A stretch of DNA of 64,000 nucleotides. Origin: Vulcanococcus sp. (GTDB taxonomy: Bacteria > Cyanobacteriota > Cyanobacteriia > PCC-6307 > Cyanobiaceae). Below the pieces are notes generated by a model. The model made no database searches and was not told the origin of the DNA. It saw only the letters and a program-made list of their open reading frames with translations. A program made the position numbers and the translations under genes. Below, piece after piece: positions 27,822-39,066 of the stretch; within the stretch, counting starts at the first letter, position 1, and every line of letters starts with the position of its first letter. The DNA is taken from NCBI RefSeq assembly GCF_019264575.1, contig NZ_JAHUZV010000026.1, one strand, 5' to 3'.

Positions 27822-28973
27822 CTAGCGGGGGTTGGCGGTGCCCGGATCGCCTTTGGACGGTGCGGATTTCTTGCCCGCGGGCCGCGCTTTGGCTGTGGAG
27901 GTTGTTGCTGCCCCCTCGAGCTTGCCAAACACCATCCGGCCCGTGGGGGTTTGAAGGGCGCCAGTGATCACAACCGGCAGGCGCTCGCCGCTGCGGCCGT
28001 GGGCCCCATCCACCACCACCATCGTGCCGTCGTCGAGGTAGCCCACTCCCTGGTTGGCTTCCTTGCCGTCGCGCACGATCTTGAGGTTGAGCTCGTCGCC
28101 GGGTTGCACCTCCGGCCGCAGGGCGATCACCAGCTCGCTGAGGTTCATCACCTTCACGGTCTGCACCTCGGCCACCTTGGTGAGGTTGTAGTCAGCCGTG
28201 AGCAGGGTGCCGCCGGTGTCGGCCGCCAGCTTCAGCAGCTTGTCGTCAACACCGTTGCCTTCGTAGCGGGTGGTGTTCACCACCAGCCGCCTGCCGTAGC
28301 GCTCCCGCAGGCTGCTGAGCAGCTTCAGGCCGCGGCGCCCTTTGCTGCGCTTTTCGGTGTTGCTCGAATCGGCCAGGGCCTGCAGCTCATCAATCACCGA
28401 TTGGGCCACGATCACCTGGCCTTCCAGCAATCCCGAATCGAGCAGGCCCCGCACCCGCCCGTCGATGATCACGCTCGTGTCGAGGATCTTGGCGCTGGCT
28501 GGCATCAGCACGCCATCGGCCACCAGCAGGGCTTCGGTGCTGTTGGGATTAAACAGCCGCAGCAGGGTGCGGCCATGCACCTCGGCCAGGTTGTAGCCCG
28601 ATACCCCGAAGAACACATTCGCCGCCACTGCGGCGAGGGGCTTCACCAGCACCAGCTCCCAGGGGAGCGAGAGGAAGAGGATCGGCGAAATCAGCAGGTT
28701 CGCCACCAGCAGGCCGAGGATCAGGCCCACCGCGCGGCTCACCAGCAGATCGGTGGGCATGGTGCGCACCTGCTCCATCAGGCGCTTGCGCAGCCTCTGG
28801 AACACCACGCCTGCCAGCAGGCCGGCGAGACCACCGCCTGCCCCGAGGATCCAGCTCAGCTGTTCCAGGTTCTGGATGCGGATCAGCTGCTGTTCGGGCA
28901 GCAGGTCGACCCCCAGCCATCCAGCTGCGGCACCTGACACCACGAACAGCACCAGGATGAGGGTGTCCACCAT
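27822..28973 (-). CDS. PIN/TRAM domain membrane protein (YacL-like)
   Basis: N-terminal TMs, KILDTSVIIDGR PIN, GKEANQGVGYLDDGTMVVV TRAM. Confidence 0.92.
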   Translation of the reverse strand: MVDTLILVLFVVSGAAAGWLGVDLLPEQQLIRIQNLEQLSWILGAGGGLAGLLAGVVFQRLRKRLMEQVRTMPTDLLVSRAVGLILGLLVANLLISPILFLSLPWELVLVKPLAAVAANVFFGVSGYNLAEVHGRTLLRLFNPNSTEALLVADGVLMPASAKILDTSVIIDGRVRGLLDSGLLEGQVIVAQSVIDELQALADSSNTEKRSKGRRGLKLLSSLRERYGRRLVVNTTRYEGNGVDDKLLKLAADTGGTLLTADYNLTKVAEVQTVKVMNLSELVIALRPEVQPGDELNLKIVRDGKEANQGVGYLDDGTMVVVDGAHGRSGERLPVVITGALQTPTGRMVFGKLEGAATTSTAKARPAGKKSAPSKGDPGTANPR

Positions 28974-29031
28974 GACCGGTGCTGTGGCTGCCGACGGCTT
29001 GAAAGAGGCAGCATGCCTGATCCCGGCGGCT

Positions 29032-30276
29032 TTGGCCCGGCGAGGTAACCGGCTTGCACCGATCGGATGGCCGCCGCGCAGCGCCTATCTGCACATTCCC
29101 TTCTGCCACCGGCGCTGCTTTTACTGCGATTTCCCCGTGGTGCCGCTTGGGGATCGGGCTTCCGCCGATGCGGGTGCGCCTGGGAGCACCTCGATCGCCG
29201 CCTACCTGCAACTGCTGCACCGCGAGATTGCCGCTGCCCCTGCTGGCCCGCCGCTCTCCACGGTGTATGTGGGGGGCGGCACCCCCTCATTGCTGAGCGT
29301 GGAGCAGCTGCGGGACCTGCTGGAGGCGCTGCGCTGCCGCTATGGCCTGGCTCCCGGTGCGGAGCTGAGCCTGGAGCTTGATCCCGCCAGCTTCGACCAG
29401 CAGCGCCTCGCTGGCTACCTAGCGGCTGGGGTGACGCGCGTGAGCCTGGGGGGGCAGAGCTTCAGTGATGCGGTGCTCGAAAGCCTGGGCCGCCGCCATC
29501 GCCGCGCTGATCTGCTCGAGGCCGCCGGCTGGCTGCAGCAGGCCCAGCGCAACGGCCGCTTGCAGAGCTGGAGCCTGGATCTGATTCAGGGTTTGCCGGG
29601 CCAGACCCTCAGCGGCTGGCGGGAGCAGCTCGAGCAGGCGATCGCCCTGCAGCCGCCCCATCTTTCGGTGTACGACCTGATCGTGGAGCCGGGCACCGTG
29701 TTTGAGCGCCTGGAGCAGCGCGGTGCCCTGGAGCTGCCCGAGAGCGATCTGGCGGCCGATCTGATGGAGCTCACCGCCCGCCGGTTGGCGGAAGCCGGCT
29801 ACGGCCACTACGAGATCTCCAACTACGCCCTGCCGGGTCATGCCTCCCGCCACAACCGCGTGTATTGGAGCGGTGCGGGCTGGTGGGGTTTTGGCATGGG
29901 CGCAACCGCCGCACCCTGGGGTGTGCGTGAGGCCAGGCCGCGCACGCGCGAGGGCTATGCCGCCTGGCTAGAGCAGGCAGAACCAGCAGGTCCGCCAAGC
30001 GCGTCGTCGTCGCACCTGCCGGAGGCAGGCATGCCGTTGGACGAGCTCTGGATGGTGGGCTTCCGGCGCCGGGAAGGTGTGAGGCTCCCGGTGCCGGAAG
30101 CGCTGCGGCGCCGCTGGCAGCCCTTCATCGAGCGGGGGCTGCTGATTCAGGAGGGTCCGCGTTGGCGGTTGCGAGATCCCGAGGGGCTAGCCCTCAGCAA
30201 TGCGGTGCTGCGGGAGCTGCTGGCGTGGTGGGAGGAGGAGGGCTCTGCGGTTGCAGACCTGCCACCCAGCCCCTGA
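29032..30276 (+). CDS. hemW: Radical SAM heme chaperone HemW (HemN-like)
   Basis: [17 protein letters not shown] CxxxCxx[16 protein letters not shown]; start codon ambiguous. Confidence 0.9.
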   Translation: MARRGNRLAPIGWPPRSAYLHIPFCHRRCFYCDFPVVPLGDRASADAGAPGSTSIAAYLQLLHREIAAAPAGPPLSTVYVGGGTPSLLSVEQLRDLLEALRCRYGLAPGAELSLELDPASFDQQRLAGYLAAGVTRVSLGGQSFSDAVLESLGRRHRRADLLEAAGWLQQAQRNGRLQSWSLDLIQGLPGQTLSGWREQLEQAIALQPPHLSVYDLIVEPGTVFERLEQRGALELPESDLAADLMELTARRLAEAGYGHYEISNYALPGHASRHNRVYWSGAGWWGFGMGATAAPWGVREARPRTREGYAAWLEQAEPAGPPSASSSHLPEAGMPLDELWMVGFRRREGVRLPVPEALRRRWQPFIERGLLIQEGPRWRLRDPEGLALSNAVLRELLAWWEEEGSAVADLPPSP

Positions 30277-31015
30277 GGGCTTCGATGCAGAGCTGGCGGC
30301 CAGCCAGCAGCGGCGGTGAGAAGGGCGGCTGCCGTTCGGTGAGGCCCAGTAGATCAGCGGTGACGCGCACCTGCCCATCGCATTGCTCGCCGGCGCCGAT
30401 GCCGATCACTGGCAGCGTGAGCTCCTGGCTGAGGCTCGCGGCCAGCTCGGCGGGCACGTGCTCGAGCACCAGGGCAAAGCAGCCGGCGGCCTGCAGTTCA
30501 CGGGCGTTGCGGCGCAGCCGCTCTTGGCTGAGGGGATCGTTGGCCTGGCGCCGGTAGCCCAGTTGATGCACCGACTGCGGCGTGAGCCCCAGATGCCCCA
30601 TCACGGGGATGCCGCTGCGCACCAGGCGATCTACCACGGCGATGGTTTCCGGTTCGGCCCCTTCGAGCTTCACCGCTGCCGCCGGGCTGTCTTTGAGCAC
30701 CCGCCCAGCGGCCGCTACCGCGGCGTCCACGCCGCACTGATAGCTGAGAAAGGGCAGATCGGTCACGATCAGCGGTTGCTGGGCGGCTGGCCGCTGCAGC
30801 CCACGCCCTACGGCGCGGGTGTGCAGGATCATTTCCTCGAGCGTGACCGGCAGGGTGGTGGCGTGGCCAAGCACCACCATCGCCAGTGAGTCGCCCACCA
30901 AGATCAGATCGGCGCCCGCCTGCTCCACCAGAGCTGCGGAGAGGGCATCCCAGGCGGTGAGGGCGGCAATGGGCCTCCCTTCCTGCTTGCAGGTGAGCAG
31001 ATCAGCTGGACGCAC
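30194..31015 (-). CDS. panB: 3-methyl-2-oxobutanoate hydroxymethyltransferase
   Basis: [36 protein letters not shown]. Confidence 0.96.
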   Translation of the reverse strand: MRPADLLTCKQEGRPIAALTAWDALSAALVEQAGADLILVGDSLAMVVLGHATTLPVTLEEMILHTRAVGRGLQRPAAQQPLIVTDLPFLSYQCGVDAAVAAAGRVLKDSPAAAVKLEGAEPETIAVVDRLVRSGIPVMGHLGLTPQSVHQLGYRRQANDPLSQERLRRNARELQAAGCFALVLEHVPAELAASLSQELTLPVIGIGAGEQCDGQVRVTADLLGLTERQPPFSPPLLAGRQLCIEALRGWVAGLQPQSPPPPTTPAAPAAPHC

Positions 31016-31057
31016 CCCGGATCCCTCCCGGCCGAGGCCCATTGCTAGCATCTGCTC

Positions 31058-31151
31058 GACTCGGACCCATGCGGCCCGGACGCCCAAATCTGGTCAGGAC
31101 CGGAAGGGAGCAGCCACACGGGATGCTCCGAGCAGGCGTGGAATCCGGGTC
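31058..31151 (+). ncRNA. ffs: Signal recognition particle 4.5S RNA
   Basis: Domain IV signature GGTCAGGACCGGAAGGGAGCAGCC (31092-31115); terminal stem GACTCGGA/TCCGGGTC; TAGCAT -10-like element just upstream; ends approximate. Confidence 0.9.
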
Positions 31152-31163
31152 ACCCCCTTCCGC

Positions 31164-32276
31164 TCAGCTCTCGCGCTGGCGATTGAGCAGGAACGAGGGG
31201 ATCGCAGCACCGCCTTGATCGGCTTCAGTGGTGCCGTTGCTGGTGCTGGCGAAGCTGGCGATCGAGCGCTCGGGCCTGTAGCTGCCGCCGCCTTCAAAGC
31301 CGGTGGCGATCACGGTCACGTGGATCTCGCCTTCGAGGCGCTCATCCACCACGGCCCCCACGATGATGTTGGCTTCAGGGTCCACCACGTCGTAAATCAC
31401 TTCCGAAGCGGTGGTCATGTCCTCGAGGGTCATGTCCTTGCCGCCGGAGATGTTGATCACGCAGCCCTTGGCGCCATCGATGCGGGCGGCCTCAAGCAGT
31501 GGGCTGCTGATGGCGGCCTGAGCAGCTTCGGTGGCGCGGGAGCGGCCTGAGCCCACACCGAGCCCCAGCAGGGCGGTGCCGGCGTCGGTCATCACCGAGC
31601 GCACATCGGCGAAGTCAACGTTCACCAGCCCCGGTTTGGTGATGATGTCGCTGATGCCCTTCACGCCCATGCGCAGCACGTCGTCGGCGGCGCGGAAGGC
31701 GTCTTGCAGCGGGGCGCCAGCAATGGCCTCGCGCAGGCGGTCGTTGGGGATCACGATCAACGTGTCCACATGCTCAGAAAGCCGGGCGATGCCTTCCTCG
31801 GCCTGACGCATGCGCCTGCGGCCTTCAAAGCCGAACGGTTTAGTGACGATGCCCACGGTGAGGGCTCCGCATTCCTTGGCCACTTCAGCCACCACCGGAG
31901 CCGCACCGGTGCCTGTGCCGCCGCCCATGCCGGCAGCGATGAACACAAGATCAGTGCCCTGGAGGGTTTGGGCGAGATCGGCGCGGGATTCCTCAGCGGC
32001 CTTCTGGCCGATGGCGGGGTTACCGCCAGCGCCAAGGCCGCGGGTCAGTTTCTGGCCCAGCTGCACCCGTTGTTTCGCGGCTGACTGCAACAGAGCTTGG
32101 GCATCGGTGTTGAGCACGCGATAGCCCACACCTTGCAAATCCGAAGCAATCATGCGGTTGACGGCATTGCTGCCGCCGCCACCCACGCCGATCACTTCGA
32201 TGCGGGCCGATTGACTGGGCACGATCCCGCTCGCTCCATTGCTGCTGGCACTGAGGCCTTCAGCTGCGATCTCCAT
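31164..32276 (-). CDS. ftsZ: Cell division protein FtsZ
   Basis: [23 protein letters not shown] tubulin signature, NVDFADV, C-terminal IPSFL. Confidence 0.98.
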   Translation of the reverse strand: MEIAAEGLSASSNGASGIVPSQSARIEVIGVGGGGSNAVNRMIASDLQGVGYRVLNTDAQALLQSAAKQRVQLGQKLTRGLGAGGNPAIGQKAAEESRADLAQTLQGTDLVFIAAGMGGGTGTGAAPVVAEVAKECGALTVGIVTKPFGFEGRRRMRQAEEGIARLSEHVDTLIVIPNDRLREAIAGAPLQDAFRAADDVLRMGVKGISDIITKPGLVNVDFADVRSVMTDAGTALLGLGVGSGRSRATEAAQAAISSPLLEAARIDGAKGCVINISGGKDMTLEDMTTASEVIYDVVDPEANIIVGAVVDERLEGEIHVTVIATGFEGGGSYRPERSIASFASTSNGTTEADQGGAAIPSFLLNRQRES

Positions 32277-32403
32277 AGAAGGTCCCATGCCTGTGGTGCT
32301 GCGCAGCATTATGTCGTTGATCTGTTCGATCAGCCGCAGGAATCATCACACCTTTGCCGGTAGCAACAAGTGAAGCAATCGGCTGTCACCGTTTGAACGT
32401 CGA

Positions 32404-33303
32404 CTAGTCGGCTGAGGGGGTGGTTGCGGCCGGGGGTGGTGTGCCTGATGCCGGCTTCGGTCGATTCGCCTGGGCTGTGGCTTTTTGCAGGGCCGCAATG
32501 CTGAGTCGCCCTTTGCCCGGGAGGCCCAGTTCGGGTTGCTCAGGATCGCTCAGATCGATCGATTGGATCTTGAGCGTTTTGATTTGCTTGGGTAGGTGGG
32601 TGGAGAGATGGCGCAACACATCCAGCCGGCGGCTCAAGCGTTCATCCGGCAGCCCGAGATGCACATCACCAAGCGCAGCCGTGCGCAACCAGAGGCTGCC
32701 ATTGGGTTCAAAACGCACCTGCTGCAGGGTGCTGCCGAGCTGATCCTCCTGCGCCATCACCTCCGCCAAGGGAGCGCGCAGGCGTTCCTGCCAGCCCATC
32801 ACCAGGACCTGAGGGGTGCGATTGGCGCCGCTGCCCCGCTTCTGGCGGCTGGTCATCCAGTTACCGAGGCGATCCACATAGCCCCGCTCCATTCCTTTGC
32901 TCGAGCGGCGCTGGGCCTGGGCCACCGCTTCGCGTTCCACCAGGCTGATGCGCAGCCGTGGCGGCAACATCAAACGGCTTACCTGCACCTGCTCCACCGG
33001 CAGGCCCGCTGCCAGGCGCTGCGCCAGCTCCTGGGGTTTGAGGCTCAACAGCGGCTGGGGTAGCCGCAGCTGCGCTTCACGGATCACCTGTTCACGGCTC
33101 ACCTGTGAGCTGCCCAGCACCTCGATCTGATCGGGATTGCGCAGCACCCAGCCTTCCCGCAGCAGGCCCCAGCCCAAACCCGCCGCCGCGGCGCTGAACA
33201 GCGTGATGCGCCACAGCTGGCGCAGCCGTTCTTGGCGGCGTTGCTGGCGCAGTTGCCGGCGCCGCTCGGGCGCGATGACCGGGCGCGTTGGGGTTCGGGT
33301 CAC
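32404..33303 (-). CDS. ftsQ: Cell division protein FtsQ/DivIB
   Basis: Basic N-terminus, single TM, POTRA-like region, IDLSDP near C-terminus; upstream of ftsZ. Confidence 0.87.
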   Translation of the reverse strand: MTRTPTRPVIAPERRRQLRQQRRQERLRQLWRITLFSAAAAGLGWGLLREGWVLRNPDQIEVLGSSQVSREQVIREAQLRLPQPLLSLKPQELAQRLAAGLPVEQVQVSRLMLPPRLRISLVEREAVAQAQRRSSKGMERGYVDRLGNWMTSRQKRGSGANRTPQVLVMGWQERLRAPLAEVMAQEDQLGSTLQQVRFEPNGSLWLRTAALGDVHLGLPDERLSRRLDVLRHLSTHLPKQIKTLKIQSIDLSDPEQPELGLPGKGRLSIAALQKATAQANRPKPASGTPPPAATTPSAD

Positions 33304-33710
33304 AGCTCGCAGCGCGAGCGCGCCATCAGCTCCGCGATCCAGCGGCGGGCGCGATCGGCATCGGCGAACGGCACATCCTTGTGGTCGTTGCCGCTGATCA
33401 GGCGCAGCCGGCAGGCTCCCTGGGACTCATCGGTGAGCGGGGCTTCGCCTGATCCCAGCGCCAGCAGTTCCACCTTTTCCAGGGTTTTCACCTGGAATTC
33501 GCCCTGCTCCACGAGCTTGCCCGATTCGAACACGCTCCAGGCGAGCACCCCGTTGATCAGGCGGGCACCACCGCAATCGTCGAGTTTGGAGAGTTCCGCG
33601 CCTTCGGCCCACTCGCGGAACAGCCGCTGGCGCCGCCGCTCGAGCCAGCCCAGGGCTGTGATCAAGGGGAACACCACCAGCAGTGGCAGCCAGAGCAACC
33701 CGTGACTCAT
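33300..33710 (-). CDS. Hypothetical single-TM protein
   Basis: N-terminal TM ([21 protein letters not shown]), 4-bp overlaps with ddl and ftsQ. Confidence 0.75.
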   Translation of the reverse strand: MSHGLLWLPLLVVFPLITALGWLERRRQRLFREWAEGAELSKLDDCGGARLINGVLAWSVFESGKLVEQGEFQVKTLEKVELLALGSGEAPLTDESQGACRLRLISGNDHKDVPFADADRARRWIAELMARSRCEL

Positions 33711-34801
33711 GCCGCTTCAGCCCTCCTGCCGATCGCTGGTTGGCCCGATTCTTGCGCCAGTTGCACCAGTTGGTGCACCAGCTCCTCAAGCGGTAACCCG
33801 CTGGCTTCCCAGAGCATCGGGTACATGCTCTGGCTGGTGAAGCCCGGCAGGGTGTTGATCTCGTTGAGCCAGAGGTTGCCGCTGTTGCGATCGAGGAAGA
33901 AATCCACCCGGGCCAGCCCCTCAGCGGCCACGGCCCGGCAGGCGGCGATGGCCATGCTGCGGGCGCGCTCGCTCAGCTCGCTGCTCACTTCGGCCGGAAT
34001 CACGGTGTGGCTTTTGCCGTCGCTGTATTTGGTGTCGTAGTCGTACCAATCGGCGTCAAAGCAGATTTCGCCCAGCACGGAGGCCTGCATGCTGCGGCCT
34101 CCGAGCACGGCGCATTCCAGCTCGCGGGCATCCACACCCTGCTCCACCACCAGGCGAGGGTCGTGGCTGGCGGCCAGCGCCAAACCCGCCAACAGTTCAC
34201 TGCGGTTGGTGGCTTTGCTGATTCCCACCGATGAGCCGAGATTGGCAGGCTTGATGAAACAGGGGTAGCCCAGCTGCTGCTCCAGCCGATCGAGCAGGGC
34301 CTGGGGATGGGCCTCCAGCTCCTGCGCATCCACGCAGGCGTAGGGCACTTGCGGCAGACCAGCCGCCGCGAAGGCGGCCTTCATGGCTTGTTTGTCCATG
34401 CCCACCGCCGATCCGAGCACGCCCGATCCCACGAAGGGCACCTGCATCAGGCTGAACAGGCCCTGAATCGTGCCGTCTTCGCCGTTGGGGCCGTGCAGCA
34501 CCGGCACCCACACCTGCATATCGAGCGCACCTTCGGGAAAGCCCTGAAAGCCGGGCCGCAGCGGCGCGGCCGGCAGCTCTTCGCGGCTGGCTGGGGTGCC
34601 CTTGGCCAGCACGGCATTGGCCACCGCCGGCGGCCACCAGTGCCCCCATTGATCGATGTAGAAGCAGCTCAGCTGATAGCGCTCCGCGTTGGCGCCGCGG
34701 CGCAGCGCTGCAGCCACCGTGTTGGCCGAACGGATCGACACAGCATGCTCACCCGAGACACCGCCGAACACCAGGCCGAGTTGCATGGGTTCGCTGGTCA
34801 T
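33707..34801 (-). CDS. ddl: D-alanine--D-alanine ligase
   Basis: [41 protein letters not shown]. Confidence 0.96.
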   Translation of the reverse strand: MTSEPMQLGLVFGGVSGEHAVSIRSANTVAAALRRGANAERYQLSCFYIDQWGHWWPPAVANAVLAKGTPASREELPAAPLRPGFQGFPEGALDMQVWVPVLHGPNGEDGTIQGLFSLMQVPFVGSGVLGSAVGMDKQAMKAAFAAAGLPQVPYACVDAQELEAHPQALLDRLEQQLGYPCFIKPANLGSSVGISKATNRSELLAGLALAASHDPRLVVEQGVDARELECAVLGGRSMQASVLGEICFDADWYDYDTKYSDGKSHTVIPAEVSSELSERARSMAIAACRAVAAEGLARVDFFLDRNSGNLWLNEINTLPGFTSQSMYPMLWEASGLPLEELVHQLVQLAQESGQPAIGRRAEAA

Positions 34802-34854
34802 GGGCGGCTGGATTGAGAGGCCAAACGTATCAGCGATCTCGGCGCTGACCAGGG

Positions 34855-36252
34855 CTACGCCTGGGCGGTTCCACTGAGGGAGAAGGCCCGCACTTCATCG
34901 ATTCGCACATTCACCAGATCGCCCGCCTGCCATTGGCCGCCAGCGGCGCGGGCCGCGGGGAAGAAGGTGAGGCGGTTGGTGCGGGTGCGGCCCATCACCT
35001 GCTCGGGATCCTTGGGGTTGATGCCTTCCACCAGCACCTGTTCGGTGCGGCCGGCGTAACGGGCGCTGCGGGCTTTGGCTACCCGCTCCACCAGGGCGTT
35101 GATCTCGCGCAGGCGTTCCACCTTCACCTCCTCGCTCAGCTGGTTCGGCCAGTCGGCGGCGGGGGTGTTGGGGCGAGGGGAGTAGGCGGCAGTGTTCACC
35201 TGATCGAAGCCGATCTCCTCGATCAGATCGAGGGTGCGGCGGTATTGCGCGTCGGTTTCACCGGGGAAGGCCACGATCACATCAGCGCTGATCGAGGCAT
35301 CGGGCATGCGTTCGCGGATGCGCTCGATGATGCGGCGGTAGCGATCCACCGTGTAGCCGCGCGCCATCGCCTTGAGCACGTCGTCATCGCCGCTCTGGAA
35401 GGGGACGTGGAAGTGCTCGCACACCTTGGGCAGATCGGCGCAGGCATCGATCAGCCGCTCGGTGAAGTAGCGCGGATGGCTGGTGGCGAAGCGGATGCGC
35501 TCGAGGCCCTCCACGTCGTGAACGAACTGCAGCAGATCGGTGAGGGTGTGTTGGCGGCGGCCTTCGGGCGTGATGCCCGGTAGATCGCGGCCGTAGGCAT
35601 CGATGTTCTGGCCCAGCAGGGTGATTTCCTTGAACCCCTGGGCGGCCAGACCTTCCATCTCGAGCTTGATCGCTTCCGGCAGGCGCGATTGCTCCTTGCC
35701 GCGCACCGAGGGCACCACGCAATAGGTGCAGCGCTCGTTGCAGCCATAGATCACATTCACCCAGCCGCAGATGCTGCTGTCGCGGCGGGCGGTGGTGATG
35801 TCTTCGAGGATGTGGTGCTCTTCCGTGGCCACCACCTGCTGACCCTGCTCCACCTGAGCCAGCAGAACATCGAGGCGGTTGGCGTGCTGGGGGCCCATCA
35901 CCAGATCCAGCTCAGGCACGCGCCGCAGCAGCGATTCGCCTTCCTGCTGGGCCACACAACCGGCCACCACCAGGGTGAGGTTGGGGTTGGTGCGTTTGCG
36001 CTGGGCTTGGCGACCTAAGTAGCTGTAAACCTTCTGTTCGGCGTTATCGCGGATCGTGCAGGTGTTGTAGAGCACCAGATCGGCCTCGAGCTCGGCCTGC
36101 GCCTCGCGGTAGCCCATTGATTCGAGGATCCCGGCCATCCGCTCGGAATCCGCCTTGTTCATCTGGCAGCCGAAGGTGGTGATCCAGTAGCTGCCGCGCC
36201 CGCTGTCGGCTGCCGTAGGCGAAACCGGGGCGCTGAGTTGTGTCGCCGTCAT
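34855..36252 (-). CDS. miaB: tRNA-2-methylthio-N6-dimethylallyladenosine synthase
   Basis: [22 protein letters not shown] radical SAM, C-terminal TRAM. Confidence 0.96.
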   Translation of the reverse strand: MTATQLSAPVSPTAADSGRGSYWITTFGCQMNKADSERMAGILESMGYREAQAELEADLVLYNTCTIRDNAEQKVYSYLGRQAQRKRTNPNLTLVVAGCVAQQEGESLLRRVPELDLVMGPQHANRLDVLLAQVEQGQQVVATEEHHILEDITTARRDSSICGWVNVIYGCNERCTYCVVPSVRGKEQSRLPEAIKLEMEGLAAQGFKEITLLGQNIDAYGRDLPGITPEGRRQHTLTDLLQFVHDVEGLERIRFATSHPRYFTERLIDACADLPKVCEHFHVPFQSGDDDVLKAMARGYTVDRYRRIIERIRERMPDASISADVIVAFPGETDAQYRRTLDLIEEIGFDQVNTAAYSPRPNTPAADWPNQLSEEVKVERLREINALVERVAKARSARYAGRTEQVLVEGINPKDPEQVMGRTRTNRLTFFPAARAAGGQWQAGDLVNVRIDEVRAFSLSGTAQA

Positions 36253-36334
36253 CGCTCCAGTTTCCGGTATCGCCGGAGCGGCTTGTGGCAAGGGGGCTGA
36301 GCGCGTGCCAGCTTGAACGCAGCGCCATCGGGCC

Positions 36335-37399
36335 ATGCGCCTTCGCCTGCATCGCTTCCGCCTGAGCAAGGCCGTGCCGCTGGCGATCAGCCGCGGCACC
36401 ACCAGCGCCGTGGAGCACCTACTGCTGGAGCTCGAGCACGAGGGGTTGATCGGCCGCGGTGAAACCGGCGGGTTCGACACCGGCCATCGCCACTACGACA
36501 CCGAGGCCATTGCGGCAGAGCTGGAGGTGTTGGCCCCGCAGCTGGAGGGCCTGGAGCCCCAGCCGCTTCAGACGCTCGAACCTCTCTTGGCCCTTCTGAG
36601 CCCGCCGGCGCGTTGTGGCCTCGATCTGGCGCTGCACGATTGGTGGGGCCAGCGCCTGGGGCAACCGCTGCACCGGCTCTGGGGCCTGGATCCGGGAGCG
36701 TGTGTCGCCACCAGCGTGACCCTCGGGCTGGGGGAGCCCTCGGCGGTGTTGGCGCGGCTCGAGCGCTGGCGGCTGCAGCTGCCCTCCACTCGCATCAAGC
36801 TCAAGCTGGGATCACCCGATGGCCTCGATCACGACCGTGCACTGGTGCAAGCGGTGCGCGCCGCCCTGCGCCCGGGTGATGAGCTGCAGATCGATGCCAA
36901 TGGCGGTTGGGATCTGGCTGGGGCCCGGCAGATGATCCCCTGGCTGGCGGAGCAGGGGGTAGTGCTGGTGGAGCAACCGCTGGCGCCACTTCTGGATGCC
37001 GAGGCCGATACAGCCGGCTTCGCAGCGTTGCAGGGCCTGGCGCCGATTCCTCTGGTGGCGGATGAGAGCTGCTGGGATCTGGGCGATCTGCTGCGCCTGG
37101 CCCCCCATGTGCAGGGCATCAACATCAAATTGGTGAAGTGCGGCGGCCTCAGCGAGGGGCTGCTGATGGCGCGCACCGCCCGGCGGCTCGGGCTGGGGGT
37201 GATGCTCGGTTGCTACTCCGATGGCGGCCTTCTCAACAGCGGCGCTGCCCAGCTGCTGCCGCTGGTGCAGTGGCCGGATCTCGATAGCCATCTCAACCTG
37301 ATCGATGACCCCTTCGCTGGACCGGATCGGGAAGGGGATGTGTTGCGGTCGGCGGCGCGCCCTGGCCTCGGTGCCCAGCGGCTGCAGGAGGTGGCCTGA
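36335..37399 (+). CDS. Dipeptide (L-Ala-D/L-Glu) epimerase, enolase superfamily
   Basis: [35 protein letters not shown]. Confidence 0.9.
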   Translation: MRLRLHRFRLSKAVPLAISRGTTSAVEHLLLELEHEGLIGRGETGGFDTGHRHYDTEAIAAELEVLAPQLEGLEPQPLQTLEPLLALLSPPARCGLDLALHDWWGQRLGQPLHRLWGLDPGACVATSVTLGLGEPSAVLARLERWRLQLPSTRIKLKLGSPDGLDHDRALVQAVRAALRPGDELQIDANGGWDLAGARQMIPWLAEQGVVLVEQPLAPLLDAEADTAGFAALQGLAPIPLVADESCWDLGDLLRLAPHVQGINIKLVKCGGLSEGLLMARTARRLGLGVMLGCYSDGGLLNSGAAQLLPLVQWPDLDSHLNLIDDPFAGPDREGDVLRSAARPGLGAQRLQEVA

Positions 37400-38481
37400 T
37401 GCTCAGCGCTGACGCTCCGCTGGTGCTGCTGCAGCACGGCGGCCTCGACAACCTCTCCGGCAAAACCGGCCTGGCGATGCTCCGCTACCGCCAGGGTCCG
37501 ATCGTGGCAGTGATTGATCCCGCCCATGCCCGCGGCGATTTGCGCGCGATCACCGGGATCGATCGGGATGTGCCAGTGGTGGCGGATTTGGAGGCCGCCC
37601 TGGCGTTTGGCCCTGCTGTGGCGGTGGTGGGGTTAGCCCCCTCCGGCGGACGCTTGCCGCTGGAGATGCGCGCTGATGTGGTGGCGGCGCTGCAGGCGGG
37701 GCTGAGCCTGGCCAGCGGTTTGCACAGCCGCCTGGCGCTGGATCCGGAGTTTGCGGCGATCCCGCTGGAGCAGGGCCAGTGGATCTGGGATCTGCGCCAT
37801 GAACCCGCGGAGCTGGAGGTGGCCGCGGCGCGCTGTGCGGCGTTGCCCTGCCGGAGGCTGCTGGCGGTGGGCTCCGATATGGCCGTGGGCAAGATGAGCG
37901 CTTGCCTCGAGCTGCAGCGCGCCGCGCTGCGCGCCGGGGTGGACGCGCGGTTTGTGGGCACCGGTCAGGCCGGCATCTTGATCAGCGGCCAGGGTGTGGC
38001 CCTTGATGCGGTGCGGGTGGATTACGCTGCTGGAGCGGTGGAGGCAGCCGTGCTGGCCGCGGCGGAAGGGGCGGGGGATCAGAGCTGGGTCTTGGTGGAG
38101 GGGCAGGGGTCGCTCGCGCATCCGGGCTCCACGGCCACCCTGCCGTTGCTGCGCGGCAGTCAGCCCACGGATCTGCTGTTGGTCCACCGCGCTGGCCAGA
38201 GCCATGTGCGTACGCGGCCGGGTGCTGTCGTCGTGGCGATTCCGCCGCTGCCGGAGCTGATCACGGCCTGTGAGGCGCTGGCCGCCCTGGGCCGGCCCGA
38301 CGGGCTCCAGCCGCGGGTACGGGCCATCGCGCTGAACACCGCCCTGCTCGATACGGCCCATGCCGAGCGCGAAGCTCAGCAGATCGCTGCGCTCACCGGC
38401 TTGCCGGTGGTTGATCCCGTGCGCCACGGGGGGGAGAGGCTGCTGGCAGCTCTGCTCGAAACGCCTGCGACACCTTTGTAG
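37399..38481 (+). CDS. DUF1611 domain P-loop protein
   Basis: GSDMAVGKMSA, FVGTGQAGILI, VEGQGSLAHP; translationally coupled to epimerase. Confidence 0.88.
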   Translation: MLSADAPLVLLQHGGLDNLSGKTGLAMLRYRQGPIVAVIDPAHARGDLRAITGIDRDVPVVADLEAALAFGPAVAVVGLAPSGGRLPLEMRADVVAALQAGLSLASGLHSRLALDPEFAAIPLEQGQWIWDLRHEPAELEVAAARCAALPCRRLLAVGSDMAVGKMSACLELQRAALRAGVDARFVGTGQAGILISGQGVALDAVRVDYAAGAVEAAVLAAAEGAGDQSWVLVEGQGSLAHPGSTATLPLLRGSQPTDLLLVHRAGQSHVRTRPGAVVVAIPPLPELITACEALAALGRPDGLQPRVRAIALNTALLDTAHAEREAQQIAALTGLPVVDPVRHGGERLLAALLETPATPL

Positions 38482-38500
38482 TGGTCGGTGGCCAGCAAGG

Positions 38501-38537
38501 CGAAAGCCCCACCACTCTCTGAGTGGTGGGGCTTTCG
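38501..38537. terminator. 17-bp perfect hairpin, probable bidirectional terminator
   Basis: CGAAAGCCCCACCACTC-tct-GAGTGGTGGGGCTTTCG between convergent DUF1611 gene and tRNA-His. Confidence 0.85.
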
Positions 38538-38543
38538 TGAAGG

Positions 38544-38617
38544 GGCGGACGAGGGGACTTGAACCCCCGAATGCCGGAATCACAATCCGGTGCCTTAACC
38601 ACTTGGCTACGCCCGCC
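38544..38617 (-). tRNA. tRNA-His(GUG)
   Basis: G-1 plus GCGGGCG/CGTCCGC acceptor, CCGGA-TT-GTG-AT-TCCGG anticodon arm, GGTTCAAGTCC. Confidence 0.97.
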
Positions 38618-38655
38618 AGGGCTGCGCGATCCTATCAATGCGTGTGCAGCCTTGA

Positions 38656-39066
38656 ATGGAGCGGCTTGGCGGGCTGAGCAGGCCATGGGGGTGGTGCCTC
38701 GCTGCCGTGGCGTTGGGGGGAGCCCTGGTGGCCACCAACCCCGACGAACAGGATTTTGAGGAGTTTGCTGGTGAGCAGCTCGTGCGCCTGCTGGACGAGG
38801 AGCTCTGCGATCAGGGCGGCCTGCCGATGGTGGCGCGGCTGCTGATTCAGAACTGCTCCGAGCTGGTGCAGGGGCAGGAGCGCGTGCTGGGAAGCCTGGC
38901 CCTGCAGGGGAGTACACGCACCAATGCCGTTGTGTTCAGCCTCTACAGCACCCAGCTCGGCGGGCAGTCGTTGTTGCCCGGCCTGCGCATACCCCGCTAC
39001 CGGATCCTCACGCTCGGCGTGGCGGGCCAGCTCGTGATGCTTCAGGCCAGTGGTGATGAGGGCTGA
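38656..39066 (+). CDS. DUF4359-like exported protein
   Basis: Hydrophobic N-terminus then ATNPDEQDFEEFAG...T.RTNAVVFSLY.T. Confidence 0.72.
   Translation: MERLGGLSRPWGWCLAAVALGGALVATNPDEQDFEEFAGEQLVRLLDEELCDQGGLPMVARLLIQNCSELVQGQERVLGSLALQGSTRTNAVVFSLYSTQLGGQSLLPGLRIPRYRILTLGVAGQLVMLQASGDEG

Noticed and set aside
31016-31087. N-terminal extension of panB in the ORF track
   Set aside because: Overlaps the SRP RNA gene and its promoter on the opposite strand; GTG at 31015 is the plausible start
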